Assembly (NCBI GenBank): GCA_022605425.2
Contig: JAKIMF020000007.1
Coordinates: 806,001-870,000 of the forward strand
Length of the DNA: 64,000 bases
Direction: 5' to 3'
Source: Hamiltosporidium tvaerminnensis FI-OER-3-3
Lineage: Eukaryota; Fungi; Microsporidia
Part shown: one piece after another, positions 49,600 to 62,979 of the stretch
How the letters are laid out: each line of letters opens with the position of its first letter
How positions within the stretch are numbered: the stretch's first letter is position 1
Made by a program: the position numbers and the translations under genes
The notes under the pieces: model-generated
The model's input: only the letters and a program-made list of their open reading frames with translations
What the model was told of the DNA's origin: nothing
Database searches by the model: none

Positions 49600-52500
49600 A
49601 ATAATAAAAAAACTGAAAGTAAAGAAATTATAAGAACTTATTAGACAATAGAAATGGGTAGTCGAAAGAGACATAACAAACTTTACTGGCACAATATTTA
49701 AAGAATGTCTATATGATTTAACCGGCAGCCATACATAGTGTTAGATCACTTCAAAAAAAATCAATATTATATATTTTTCTGCTTTCGCTAAATTTATGTT
49801 ACTTTGAGCAGGAAGATAGAATATATATAAAGAAATAAAAAGTTGGCTTGTTCCAAAAAGTAATCTAAAACCCATGGTTTTGTTATGTCAACTTCAAATA
49901 TTTATTCTATAGGAGTCGTACGAATATAAAGAAATATATAGGTGGTAAAAAGAAAAAGGAAACAATCATAAAGGTCAAAAATAAGAAATATGAAGAGAAT
50001 ACATCTATTAAGGTGTAAAGAACAATTAGGAAATTATATAAAAAAAAGTTCAGGATACCAATCACCGCCATTTATGAAGCCTCCACACATTTCAGAATAG
50101 CATGCACAAACAGCCAATATACTTGTGTAACCTAATGCAATCTTCTTCTACATATCCAAAACCAAACATCAAAGTCTTTGGACCTTATAGAATATCGAAT
50201 GAGCCAATCTTCTGTATTTCATATATTTATAAAAAGTGCAATGTACTTGATTAGTACTCGGATCTGTCGAGGCGTCTATTCGAAAATTTTTTGAAGACTT
50301 TTTTTAGTACAGAAAGACTTTGTAAGAACTTAAAAATTGACCGAAAGAGATAGGGAGGTGTTATAAAGTAAAGTTCATAAAGCCAAACCCATCGATGTGT
50401 TAAATATTGGAAAAAAAATAAGACAGAAGAGAGAATTAAGCACGAAGATGAATGAAACGCGGCGTCACATTGCCACATGCCTCGCTGATTTATAGTTTTA
50501 GATATAACTCGGTATGTAGGCCCGAATAAAGAGTATTTGAATAAAATCAAACAAATTCCAAAGAATAAAATTAAAAAAATTGTATTCGATTTTAAAAGCA
50601 TCAGATTTAAATATTTGATAGTAGAGTCCTGAATCCTTTATATCGAATTCCTAGAAAATACCCTATTATTCCGTATTTATGATAAAAAAAGATGCCACTT
50701 GTATTTACGTGGCAGCCCAGGTATTTTATGACGAGAAAAAATGCTAATAGGAACAAGATAATACCGAGAAGAAAACATTTAAAGTATAACTTCGATTCTA
50801 AACGTAAAAGTTGTATTCTCGAAAAAGCACGCAAACATCAAAACTCTCTTCTTCTCGAAAAATATTTCAAGAATAAATGAGAGTATATTTGAAACTTAAG
50901 TCGTATAAATAAAATTTCAGACGCTTTAGTTAAACAGAATATAATTATTGGTGTTTTTGTGCATTGAGCCACAGAAGTAAAACTTTAGGAGGAAATTTTG
51001 AAAATATAGCTTTGTGTTGGAGCTATTCCGAGGATGAAATTATAGATACTTATCCCGACATATGTAATTTTTTTCATACGGTGGATCGTGACAGAATTGA
51101 AAGGGTTCAGCAGACGATAAAAAATTATGAAGATAATTTGGTTACTTATGATAATTATTTTATTCCAGAAGTATCGGAGTATCATCTGACTTTTTCAATA
51201 GTTTGACAAATTTGTGTGGCATACTTTTTTCTCTTCCTTAATTAGACTTTATTGGATATAGTGGTATCTATAATGTTTATATCAAGCAACTTAAGACTTT
51301 TCACTGATCTCTTTATGAGGTTCTAAAGATCATCATTTGAGAATGAACAGATCGTTCTGATTAGTTCTTTTGTGCGATAACTTACTTTATTCTGAAAGCG
51401 TATAACAATAAAACTCTGTTTACATGCGAATAGCTTCTTAGAAATTTTTACAATCTGAAGACTATTTTTGTCTGAAAGTTCGCCTCGCTGGAAGTAGAGA
51501 GTCGAAAGTATTAATTCGACAACCAATTAGGTTTTTTAAAGGTTAGAAAAGGCAGATCTGCCTACTTTTTTGATTTGTCTTTAATCAAGAATATAAAAAC
51601 AATCTTAAAACAACGATGACTGTCCTCAGAAAAGCTAAAGTCCAAATAAACATGCCCAACTATCTAAATGCATTTGAAAACTTATATACCTGATTGAATT
51701 ATGAAATATTACGTAGAAAATCTAAAATTAAAAATTAGATTTGATTAAGACCTGAACCAAACATGAACCGAAAATTTGTGAAGGCGCTCTAGAAAAGATT
51801 TCATTATCTTTAGTTTAGTTTTTGTTGATATAAACTCGTTAAACTTTTGTTCAATGAGAAATATCGCAGTATTACAATAAAAACTACATAAAAAACACAC
51901 TACCAATAGTCTCTTGTATATTCGTTATCTCAAGTTTCTTGGTCAAAGTAAGTATTGTTGAAAAATTACTGAGAAGTGGAAAACGTTTTAAATAATGTAA
52001 ATATAAATAAACAAGCAGAAGTTAGTTACGTCAGAGGTATTTTTTGAAGATACCGCATCTATTCTTGACGAAATTGTGTCGCCAATACCTGGAAGCATTA
52101 GAAGATATCTTGGAAATCCTTACACGTAAGTTGTTTAGGGAGACAAAACAAAATAATAGAACAGGTAAAATAGACTTTTGCGGTAGATTAAAAACAAAAG
52201 ATGTAGTTTCTGCAATTATTTCACAATAATTCCATGCATCATTGGGCATATGGAAGCACTCTTGCGGAACCAATCACCTTCTTCAGGTTATATGATGCAT
52301 TACGTGCTTTTTGGCTAAAAAAACCTTTAAAATGTCTGAAATATGCAGAGCGCCTTTATCATTCTAATAAAGCCTTTGAAAAGGCCGAAATAGTTTCGCG
52401 TAGGGAAGTAAACTTTAATTTTGTTAACTCTTGGATTTCTGCTTGAAAGTAAATAATCAAACTATAAAAGAAAACACAGTAAATTTGAAAATAAATATAG

Positions 52501-53650
52501 AACCATCTTGCAGCAAAAAAAGGTTTTCAAAACCAAAATTTAGGTTGCAAAAACTATTTAAAAAAATGAATTAGAAACAGCACAACCAGGTAATTTAAAC
52601 AACGAAATAGAGAGACAAAAACATAAACCAATGTTAAGAAATCCAGGTATAGACGATCCTGTAAGTGTTATTAAAATCTTGGAATGGTTAGAAAGGACGA
52701 GTAAGACCGCGTAATGCAGAAATTTTCTGCTATATCTAGAATATAAATGTATTCTGGATGCATTTGTGGAACAATAATGGAATCTGCCTGGAAAATAGCG
52801 AACATTTTAGCATGAGATGTGAAAAACGCCCGGTAATGATTATACTAGGCAATACGGAAATATAAAAACTGCATTAATTTACTCCTAAGAAAAATACATA
52901 GATCATAGTCTTTAAGACGAATTAAGGGTCACTCTATTTAATAAATCTTAGAAACAAAATACAGAGATAGGTCTATACACATGAATAGCAACTATTTAAG
53001 ATTCAGAAAGATATATTAGATATATTTGCGGTATGGTAAGCGCAGGAATATTATATAAAATTATCAAAACCAATTACTTCCTAGCTTTTCTGAAATAAAA
53101 TAAATAAAACTTAAAAAGAATAGTCTTCTAGCCAATTTATTGATCCTTATTTGAGTGTTTTGTTGAGATAAGGCTTATTTGATAACCGGTAAGGCTATAG
53201 GAAACAATACTATTTAATTTTTCTCAAACTAAAACAAATATTCATGAATAAAATGCCACAGATTGTGGTCGATAATACACAAGAAGGAAGTCAGCATTTT
53301 CTTTTAAACAAAAAAGAGGATCTGAAGTAGGAACCAAATTTGTAGCGAGCCTCAAGAGAGCGTAATTAAGAATTTTTGCCAGAAAATGATGCATTAGCCA
53401 TCAAGACATTTTTAAAGCAAGTGTATACTGATAGGAATGTTTTATAAGAGAAAATATTTAAAATAACATATCTCTTGTCTTAGATAACGTAACCTCAGAA
53501 GAGAAATGCCGATTATCGTATAAAGAGTTTTTATATTTGATAGAAGATAACGAAAGAGTTAAAATAGGCAGAAAGCATTTAAAACGAGAATTTTTGGTTG
53601 ACCCGGATGGTAATTCACTATCTACTTGATCTTTTTCAGCTTTTATTTTG
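49600..53650. pseudogene. mosaic of heavily decayed, probably LTR-retrotransposon-derived sequence
   Basis: Only short ORFs; integrase-like scraps KVFGPYRI (~50172-50195) and IERVQQTIK (~51096-51122); boundaries uncertain. Confidence 0.3.
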
Positions 53651-54318
53651 GTAAAAATAGTCTAAGCTGACTTAATTTGGTCATTTGTGTGGCCGAAAGA
53701 TATATACACCACGATAAATGAAAATTTTATGAGATAATGAAATATTTTTTCGATATTTTTTAATTTACTCGTTATAATTTGAATGATACTGCCTTTGAAA
53801 ACAGATGGGCTTAATTTTCACTGGAAATTCAATTCTGAAAATTCAATACCGAATTTGAATCTAATAAGATGTGCTGAAAAGAATATATATTCTTGGTGAA
53901 TAAAATTTATCAACAACTAGAAACTTAAAAAACTAAAAAAAATAGAAACAAGTAAATGGTCAATATAAATATGTAAAACAGATAAAAAATCTTATAAATG
54001 TAAATATTCCTTTATCTATATTTCAAAAAATATTTTTGGAAAAAACGATTGCTACCTCTTCAAACAGAACAATTTATGAAACGGTCTGGTCACAATATTT
54101 TAAAACTATAAAGTTTTTTTTAATTATAAATTTAAAGTAAATCATATGGAATATAAAAGCGAATATTTTTATTTAAATTTGAGTAAATAAATAGTTAATG
54201 AATTACAAATAAATGCTTAAATATGAATCAAATGTTGAATTCTAAGTAAAAAAATTTATATTTTAAAGTGATATCTTATATAGTCTCCCTAAAATAAAAT
54301 ATATATTTTTCTAATCAA

Positions 54319-54912
54319 ATGACCCATTTTATGGTTGGTAAATTTATAGTTGTAGAAGGAATAGATAAATCTGGAAAGACTACAGTTGCATTGAAAGTAA
54401 AAGAATATTTACAGAAATATAAGAAAAGTATACATTGTATGTCATTTCCGGAACGAACAACTGAAATAGGTAAAATATTAAATAAGTTTTTATCTAAAAA
54501 GATAAAACTTCCGAATGAAACCGTTCATTTATTATTCTCAGCAAATAGATGGGAATTTGCAAAAGAAATTTCAGAAAAAAGAAAAGATCAAATTATATTA
54601 TGTGATAGATATTATCTTTCTGGTCTATCTTATAGTATAGTAAATGGGTTGGATGAGGAGTGGTGCGAGTTTTCAGATAAAGGATTACCTAAACCCGATC
54701 TAACGATATTTATTGATATTAAGCCGACACAAGTTGTTTGTAGAAAAGGATTCGGTGAGGAAATCTATGAATGTTCGGAATATCAAAAGAAAGTATACGA
54801 AGTTTTGAAAATCAATGTTCTTAAAAGTAAAGAATTTATGATAATTGATGGAAACCTTTCGATAGAAGAAATCGTAGAAAATATTTCTTTATCAATTTTG
54901 AATTTGAAATAA
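54319..54912 (+). CDS. CDC8: thymidylate kinase, second copy (likely start 54331)
   Basis: Protein identical to 41321-41914. Confidence 0.95.
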   Translation: MTHFMVGKFIVVEGIDKSGKTTVALKVKEYLQKYKKSIHCMSFPERTTEIGKILNKFLSKKIKLPNETVHLLFSANRWEFAKEISEKRKDQIILCDRYYLSGLSYSIVNGLDEEWCEFSDKGLPKPDLTIFIDIKPTQVVCRKGFGEEIYECSEYQKKVYEVLKINVLKSKEFMIIDGNLSIEEIVENISLSILNLK

Positions 54913-55058
54913 AATTGTGTTTTTGATTTTTAATAAAAACTATTTTAAAATGATAATGAAAAATATCTAAGAATAAAAATTTGCTAAGCTTCTTTAATTT
55001 ACTTTTATTTGGTAAAATTTTAATTTTTCTTTCACATAAATTTATTTCTAAAAATATT

Positions 55059-55382
55059 TTAAAAGTTCTTTGAAAGAATCAAACCATTATTTTCACCGTA
55101 TGAAATAATTAAAGCTTTTAAAATTTGACCCGATTTTAGAACATCTGTTACATAAATATCTTCTGCCGTATTAGCCAATATATCTAATGATCTAAATACA
55201 CCTCGATAAGTGATATAACATTTTTGGTCTTCTATATGCGTAATCCTTGCAGAAGCTTGGAAAGGTGTAACTTTGTAAATTTTACATGTAACATTTGCCC
55301 CTATAAAAGGCATTGGAAGATTGAAAATTGGAAGGCCATTTTTCAGTAAAATATTTGTATCTTCACCAGGAAATGTTAACAT
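55059..55382 (-). CDS. CSL4: minimal Csl4-like exosome subunit, second copy
   Basis: One substitution (NTVED to NTAED) versus 40851-41174. Confidence 0.7.
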   Translation of the reverse strand: MLTFPGEDTNILLKNGLPIFNLPMPFIGANVTCKIYKVTPFQASARITHIEDQKCYITYRGVFRSLDILANTAEDIYVTDVLKSGQILKALIISYGENNGLILSKNF

Positions 55383-56724
55383 CAGGGTGATAAAATATTT
55401 TAAAAATTTCTTCGTGTAACAGTAAAAATATCATTTTCTTTATTTTTACGTGAATATAAGTAGACTTCTCTTTTCTAAATTTTAAACAAGAAAGTCAATA
55501 TGATAAAATACAGTAGAGATCAATCTCTTATTCTGATAACCACACCCCTAATTTAACTTTAAAAGAAAAATTAAAAACAATTCTTATTTAAATTTTTTTA
55601 AAAATACGATTCATTAACTAAAAATGAAATAAATTAAATTTTACTATAAAATAATTTTTAATTTGATGATTTACTCAAACTTTTATTTCTTTTTTAAAAC
55701 TTGATATTTGTTTATAAAATTTTAAGAGATTTAAAAAGATTTTAAAAGAATTTTTCTTAAATGGAATGTATATTTTTTAGTGGTGATTACTTATTTCTGT
55801 AAAAATACAAGGAAAAGAAAAAACTATGTTAATTTTTTTAATGATACTCTCGAAATAATTCTAAATATCAGGTTGGGATTCAAAAGAAATTTAAAATAAT
55901 TGGATAATTGATGTAAATATCGCTATTTATTGATATAATATGTATTTGGCGACACAAAAAACCTAAAAACAGTAAACTAATTCGTTTCAATAGTTATTTA
56001 TAATTCAAGTATTATTACTAAAAAATAAATCTAAGACATTTAAATTCCTTCTGATTTATTTACCTAATAAATCGTATATTCTATGAAAAAATCGAATATT
56101 TGTATTCTATAAAAAAATTGTTCAAGAATGTATAACCAGAATGTTCGGTATTTAAATATTTTTACCGTGATACATTTTTACTGGAATTCCGAATTTAAAT
56201 CTTTTTCGACTCTATTATATAAGTTTTACCATTTTTTTATCGTTACCTTAGTCTTCTAAGCCAGAATCTTTGTTTATAGTTATTATCGGTTCCTTTAGTG
56301 TAATTATCTATCTAAATAAGAGATATTTTATTTTCAGTTTTTAGCATTCTACATTATACTTTCGGCTACTAGCTTATTCCATAATGAATATTGGTTGTTT
56401 ATGTCTGTCTGCCTTTTATATAACACACTTCAACAATTTATTAAACACTCTGGCATTGATCCTGATTAAAGTCTTTTTCATCGATCATAAGTAATCGTTT
56501 AACTATACCTTTTAAACTCATTTGTTGAAGGTTCTATATTGGGGATATTCGAAGTCTATAAAGATATCTTTTATGGTTTTTGTTGGTACTATCTTCGATT
56601 ATATCATTTAAAATTATATTTACACTACGATATAAATAGAATAAATTCCTAATAGATCAAAGTTATATAGGTTTTGCAGTTTCAACAATTTGAAGTGAAT
56701 TTTGGAAAGTAATTCTTACCTCAC

Positions 56725-57345
56725 AAAGTATCGAGTTTTAAATTTCTTGGTACCTTTAGAGATGAAAATATCAAAAGTGATGAAGAAATAAAGGAAATAA
56801 TTGAGGCGGTAAACAAGGCCTACTGTCCCCTGCATAACTTAATTAAGTCAAGATGTATAAGTAGAGATACAAAAGAGCTTATATATAGAACCATAATAAG
56901 ACAGTTGTAATGTATGAAACAGAGACTTTGGTAATGACAAAAAGAGATGAAAGACTTCTAAATACTTATGAAAGAAAGATACTTCATAGAATATAGGGCT
57001 ATAAAACATATAAAATGAGCGAAAAATAAGAAAGAATCAAGAAATTCATGATCTTTATCGTGAATCAAATTTGGTTACTGAAATAAAAAAGGTAATGTTA
57101 AGATGACTAGAACATGTGGTAAGATTACCGCCTGATCTAGGAGTAGATCAATTCTACTTGTATAAAACTAATGGGAAAATAAGAATAGGTAGACCTCAAA
57201 AAAAAATGGTTAGATGCTGTGGGCAGTACCTGAGAATGCTTAATGAAAGACAATAGAAGACAAAGGCATAAGATAAGAAAGGAAATGAGAAAGGATTGCA
57301 AAGTATGACCAAGATTTTCAAGAACTGTAGCGCATCTTAGTAGTA
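56725..57345 (+). mobile_element. decayed RTE-clade LINE 3' fragment (right arm)
   Basis: SFKFLGT, LR*LEHVVRLPP, GRPQKK/WLDAV, terminal actgtagcgcatcttagtagtaa. Confidence 0.75.
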
Positions 57346-57858
57346 ATCCTAATCTCACGGAGGGTTAACTATTTTTACTTCTATTTAAAGTGTAAATATG
57401 TAAAATATTAAGGTTACCTTGAGTTTGAAGATTTCAATTTATAAGCTTTAAAAGTTGATCTTTTCTAAAAATAAAATAATTTCTTTTTGTGTATAAATAT
57501 GTTTTAATAAATTATTCGGAAAAACTTGCCGAAAAATAAGATTAAGCAATGAAAAACCTCCCTAAACCTAAATATCTTATAAATGAAATAAATGTAGACA
57601 TTCTGTAATGAAAATTAACAATTTAAAATAGTCTTATTTTAAAAATCTTCATAAAAATATTTTAATTTTTCTTTAATAAAATTTTTACCAATCAAATGCA
57701 AATTGTATTACAAATAAATTAAAATTTTATTCTAATGTATGTTAAACTTGTATTACAAATAAACCATTTTATAAAAATAAGAATCAAAAGAAAATTTTTG
57801 AATTGTAAAAATATTTTTTAAATTTGTGTTTTATTTATTTATTTATATTCTATTAATA

Positions 57859-58413
57859 TTATGAAATATCATCCTTTATTAACCAATCAAAGGCTTCGAT
57901 TATAGATTCTTTTTTTCTCGTTGTACACGAAAAAACTGCTATTTTTCTCTTTGAATATGATTTTTTAATTATTTCTTCAATTTCATCAATCGAAATATGC
58001 ATATTTAATTCACTTTTGTTAAGTAAAATAAGAAATGAGCATCGAATTAGTTCCACTTCCTGTGAAAGTTGAATTAATACACTTAAATATATTTCTTTTC
58101 TCGCAATATCGTTCGAATCAATAACATAAATTACGTATTTGGTATTCATAAAATAACATCTCCAAAAGTTTCTGACATTTACATTTCCACTTAAATCCCA
58201 AACTGTAAAAGTTTTATCATTATACAAAATAGTTTCTGTATTAAATCCTATTGTAGGTACAATTAATGTGTCGTCAGTAATTTCTTTTTCGTCTTTTGAA
58301 ATTGATATCTTTTCTAAAATTCTTAAAATAGAAGTTTTACCAGTGTTATCCAATCCTAATATTAAAATTTTCTTTTCTTTTCCGTAATAAAACCGAGATA
58401 ATATAAAACCCAT
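57859..58413 (-). CDS. Arf/Arl-family small GTPase, second copy
   Basis: One substitution (TIMY to TILY) versus 37823-38377. Confidence 0.9.
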   Translation of the reverse strand: MGFILSRFYYGKEKKILILGLDNTGKTSILRILEKISISKDEKEITDDTLIVPTIGFNTETILYNDKTFTVWDLSGNVNVRNFWRCYFMNTKYVIYVIDSNDIARKEIYLSVLIQLSQEVELIRCSFLILLNKSELNMHISIDEIEEIIKKSYSKRKIAVFSCTTRKKESIIEAFDWLIKDDIS

Positions 58414-58810
58414 TCGAAAGGATAAAAACTTTTTTTATTTTTATTTATTTAAAAAGTATTTGTTTACGAATCAATCAAAATATTTAAAAAAATCAGTTTA
58501 TAAATTTATAGATTCTTTCATTTCAAATACAAATAATTTTATAATCATTAAATTTTATCTAAAAAACCAATAAATTTCAGATGAGAATATTCTATGAAAT
58601 GTGTCTTGGATTTGATAAACATTTACTAGATTTTTTTTTATTTTTACAAATTAGAAAATTTTAAAAATCGATTAAAGATAAATTTAGAAGTCTTTTGCTT
58701 TTTTATAAAATATTTTTAATTCAAATGAAAATTACCCTTGGAAAATGATGAATGTTTTTTTCAGTTATCCCTGTCTGAATTTGATGAAAAAACATTTCTG
58801 ATTCCCATTT

Positions 58811-59986
58811 TTATTCTAAATTTTTAAAATATTTTGATGTTTTTTCTTCAAATACTATTTTCTTTTTTTTAAAATTTGTTTCTTTCTTTTTATTCTTAAG
58901 ACTTATTCTTAAAATTGAATTTTCCTTGACATCTTGTTTTGGATCATTTAAATCATCATCGGATTCTGGTGTATCCATAATATCAGTCAAAACTCTTTTA
59001 GTTTCATTTTTAGATTCTGTATTTTTATACTTCAAAAGATTTTTAGTAGCAAATGTGTTTAAATTTTTAGAAAAAACATTATTACCTATCAAATCCCCTA
59101 AGAAATATAAATTCGTTTCCAAAGGATTTAAATTGATTCTTTTTTGTTGAATTGGACAAAATACAACTTGGTGATTGAAAGTTTTTATTGCATTTTCCAT
59201 TTTTTTAAGAAAATTTTCATCTAAATTTTTTTGTTTTAGAAAGCTTAATAATCCTTCCGAACCTATCTTTTTGAGTGTTTTATAAGCAGTAATTACTCCC
59301 AAACCTTTTATTCCTTCTATATAATCACATCCACTCATTATAGCAATTTTTTGAATATTTTCATAAAAAAATAAATCTTTCACTTTCTTAAGAATTTCTC
59401 TTTCATATAAAGATACAAATTCACCATCAAATTTATATAAAATAGATGAACAACCATAAACAATAAAATCACTATCTTCTGTTAGAATACAATCTACAAA
59501 TCCTATATTTTGTAAATAAGTAAGTTGTGCATCTGTTTCATAAGGTGAGATTATGAACTCAATATTCTCTTTTATTAATTCTTCGATTACATCATTAACC
59601 ATTTCTCTTGTAACATTAACACATTGTTTCATAAGTTCTTTTGCTCTGGATATGTCATTTCTTTTAAGTGCATCCATAGCTTCTTGTTTAGCTTTCTGTT
59701 TTCTTTCTTGTCTAATATTCAATGTATGTTCCTTCATTGGTAAATTATCACCGTCAAATATTACTACTGGTATTATTTTATGACTCAATATGGATTTTAT
59801 TTTTGAAAGAAAAGCTTTAACATATCTTTTATTTGGAACATTATAGAATAAATCTTCTGCAATATAAGGAATTATCTGATATAACCAGCAATGTCCATCG
59901 ATTCCTATTCTTTTATTTTTGAAACATGAAATGTGTTTTCTTTGAAGGTGATTTTTTAATAAAGGAAGAAGTCCATTAATTCCCAT
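58811..59986 (-). CDS. EXO1: exonuclease 1, second copy
   Basis: H to N substitution (DGDH/DGDN) and 2-aa C-terminal extension versus 36250-37419. Confidence 0.93.
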   Translation of the reverse strand: MGINGLLPLLKNHLQRKHISCFKNKRIGIDGHCWLYQIIPYIAEDLFYNVPNKRYVKAFLSKIKSILSHKIIPVVIFDGDNLPMKEHTLNIRQERKQKAKQEAMDALKRNDISRAKELMKQCVNVTREMVNDVIEELIKENIEFIISPYETDAQLTYLQNIGFVDCILTEDSDFIVYGCSSILYKFDGEFVSLYEREILKKVKDLFFYENIQKIAIMSGCDYIEGIKGLGVITAYKTLKKIGSEGLLSFLKQKNLDENFLKKMENAIKTFNHQVVFCPIQQKRINLNPLETNLYFLGDLIGNNVFSKNLNTFATKNLLKYKNTESKNETKRVLTDIMDTPESDDDLNDPKQDVKENSILRISLKNKKKETNFKKKKIVFEEKTSKYFKNLE

Positions 59987-60901
59987 AATTATAGGGTATT
60001 TAGTTTATATTAAAAGGCTTAAACGATTCTTGAAAAAATATTCAAATTAAAATAGCATTAAAAATATTTTATATTAGTTAGAAAAAAAATTTGACTGAAA
60101 ATAAAGAAATGTTACATTCTGTTTTTTAAACTATGATTTTCTGTTATAATTCAAAGAAAAACACTAAATTTAAATTATTACTAAATTATAAATCAATAAT
60201 AACTTAGTTCTAAATTATAATTTATTAGATCATATTATAAACAAATAGTAATATTATACTTTATGATTTATCGCACTATATAAAAATTTAATGTCCATCT
60301 TATATTTTTAGGTTAATGATAATAAGGTTATACTATTTTATACCCAGTTACTTTAATAGAATTTAAGCATTTAACTTGAATAAAATGGAAATAGAAAATT
60401 ACTTAAAACTGTAAATCTCAGTATATTATGAAAAATCGAAATTTTAAATGTTTTAATACGATATTTAAACTTACTTTATTTTAAAAGATCTAAAATCATT
60501 AAAGAAAACATCTTTATTTCGCTTAAATATGGTTTTACAGAAAGTTTAACTCACATAAGAATAATTTAATACAATTTATTATTCATACTTAAAAATTTCT
60601 AATACAATTGTATTTATACTAGTGGTTTAAATTTAAGAAATAAAACAGAAGTGGCTAATATTTTGGGGACTAAATGATTCTTTTGGATAAAAAATATTTA
60701 TGAATATTAGATGGCAAAACATTTGATTATTCACTAAATTTTAAAATTTTAGGCCGATTTATTTTGACAGGTTCCAAGAACAAAAATTTATTTAATTTTT
60801 TTTTCATATTGAATTAATTTTTAAAAACACATTGACTTCTAGATCCTTTTTTTATTTGAATGGAATTAGATTTTGAGATATTATTAATTCTAATATTACG
60901 A

Positions 60902-61133
60902 TATTTTCCACACCATGCCTGGAGCAGAATTGGCTTGGACCTTCCCTGTTATTTGTACGAGGCAACTAAAAAGATTTGGTCTTCCATGTTTGGGTTAAGC
61001 GTAGAGCTAAAAATTCCTTTTTTAAACCACCTTGTTATGAAAGCTGAAAAGTAAACAAACCCACTAAAAACAGACCAATAAGTGGCATTTCTGAGGGAGT
61101 TTGAGGCTCGTCCAGGGCTGTAGTTCCGAGGAT
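60902..61133 (+). mobile_element. RTE-derived bipartite SINE copy (right arm)
   Basis: ggagcagaattggcttgga...gaggcaactaaaag...agggctgtagttccgagga; homologous to 45013-45246. Confidence 0.7.
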
Positions 61134-62027
61134 AAATAAATAATATTAAGTTATGACAAAATTATTTTATCCAAAAAATTTTGAAGCCTGTAATATATAT
61201 GAATTAGAAATATTTTTTAATTACGTTTCGAAATCAATTTTAAGGATAATTATCAAATTTTTAATTATATATCAGATCTTGGTTAATTTAGTTTATAGGT
61301 GTAGATATTTATTTTGTAGACTATAATTAAATCGATTCATCAAAAATTATTTGCATTCTTATTTGCAATTATTAGTCATATAATATGTTTGTAGAATGTG
61401 GTATTTATTACACAGATGTTTTTTTTTTTTAAAACTCGTAATTATTCGAAAATTTAAAGGAGAAAGAAATACGGAAGCTACAAAAAATCTAGCCTTTTTA
61501 AATATTCTATCACCAATTTGACTTTTAGTCGAAGAATGAATCATCCTCATTTCATATATTTCAAAAATAATACATAACACAGAACTAAAAAAATCGATAT
61601 AAAATGCCACATTTACTAACCATTAAAAGAAAATTGATTAAAATATCTAAAAAAAATAAATTATGAGTTACCTTCAATCAGTTAATAATTTAAATAATAG
61701 ATCGAAGTGACAAAAAACATATGTTAAAGAATTATGATAAAATTAAAAATATAATTTAAACTCAATATAATCATGTTATGATAAAAAAAATATATGTCGA
61801 ATATTTTTCTACGATCGTTTTAAATGGGTCAACTTTTGAATCTCATCATTGATAATTAGATAATTTTCTTGTTATAAATGATCATCATATCAAAAAAATC
61901 ATATTTAAGGAGTAATTGATACATTTCATAAATGTTTTTGATCATTAAAAAAAATATATTTGAGGGTGCAGTACCATTTAGATTGAGTATGCCATATTTA
62001 TATTTTTAGAGGTTTTAAAAAATACCC

Positions 62028-62979
62028 ATGATTGAGAATAAACGAGCGGTTATATATTCGTTTTTATTTGGATTATCTTCTTCAATTTATTTAATCATTT
62101 TGCAATATCCTATTAAAATGAATTACAACTCGATGATATATACACATATTTTATTCTTCTCATTAGTATCATTTATTTTGAATTTTATATCTAGAAATAG
62201 AAAAGTGACTACGTTTATGCTTATACCATCAATTTTTTCAATATTTTATGGAATTTTAGATTATCTAATTATTCTATCGATTTGTAATAATTTGAAATAC
62301 AAATCATATATTTATAATATTATATTTTTGAGTGTAATTTTATTTTGTGTGTTGATCATAACAATGAAATTATCATTAATGTCATTGCCTATAATTTTTA
62401 TTAATCTATGCTTTCTACAACTAATTCTAAGATTAGAAATATTTGAAATCACTTCTACTGGCTTTGATTTAGCAAACATAGAGTTTGGATTAATCAAAAA
62501 AGAATATCCAATGTATAATTTAGTTTTAGTATTAGGAATATTAATGAGATTTTTTAGTAGTAGAACAATGAAGCATTATTCTATTGATAGAAATTACGCA
62601 GTTTTAAGTGCCTTTTCTATGTTTACTTTATCATTGATAAGTGTTTTATATAATCATAAAGAATTTATTCAGGAATTTGAAATTATCTCAAATTGTATAG
62701 TAACCTATTCTTTTTCATTGTTTTTTTGGTGCGATTTCATACTTTTTAATCACAACTCATGCAATGAAAATGGATTTTCATTACATTATAAGTTTCGAAT
62801 GCGTTTTTTTAATTTTAAGCCAACTGTTATTTAAATCTCTTCAAAATAATAGTTTTTTTGTAAAAAGTATCGTGGAAAAGAAACTTATTTCAATTTATTT
62901 TCCTTTTTTGCTTATACCTATTGTAACATTGATATTTATATATCTTCACAAGAAATATTATTACATAGAAGATCTATAA
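62028..62979 (+). pseudogene. multi-pass membrane protein gene, uninterrupted locus, but with an apparent +1 frameshift in a T7 run (62721-62727)
   Basis: ORFs 62028-62834 and 62764-62979 together match the left-arm protein; the left arm has A6 (29693-29698) where this copy has T7; real frameshift or homopolymer error. Confidence 0.8.
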
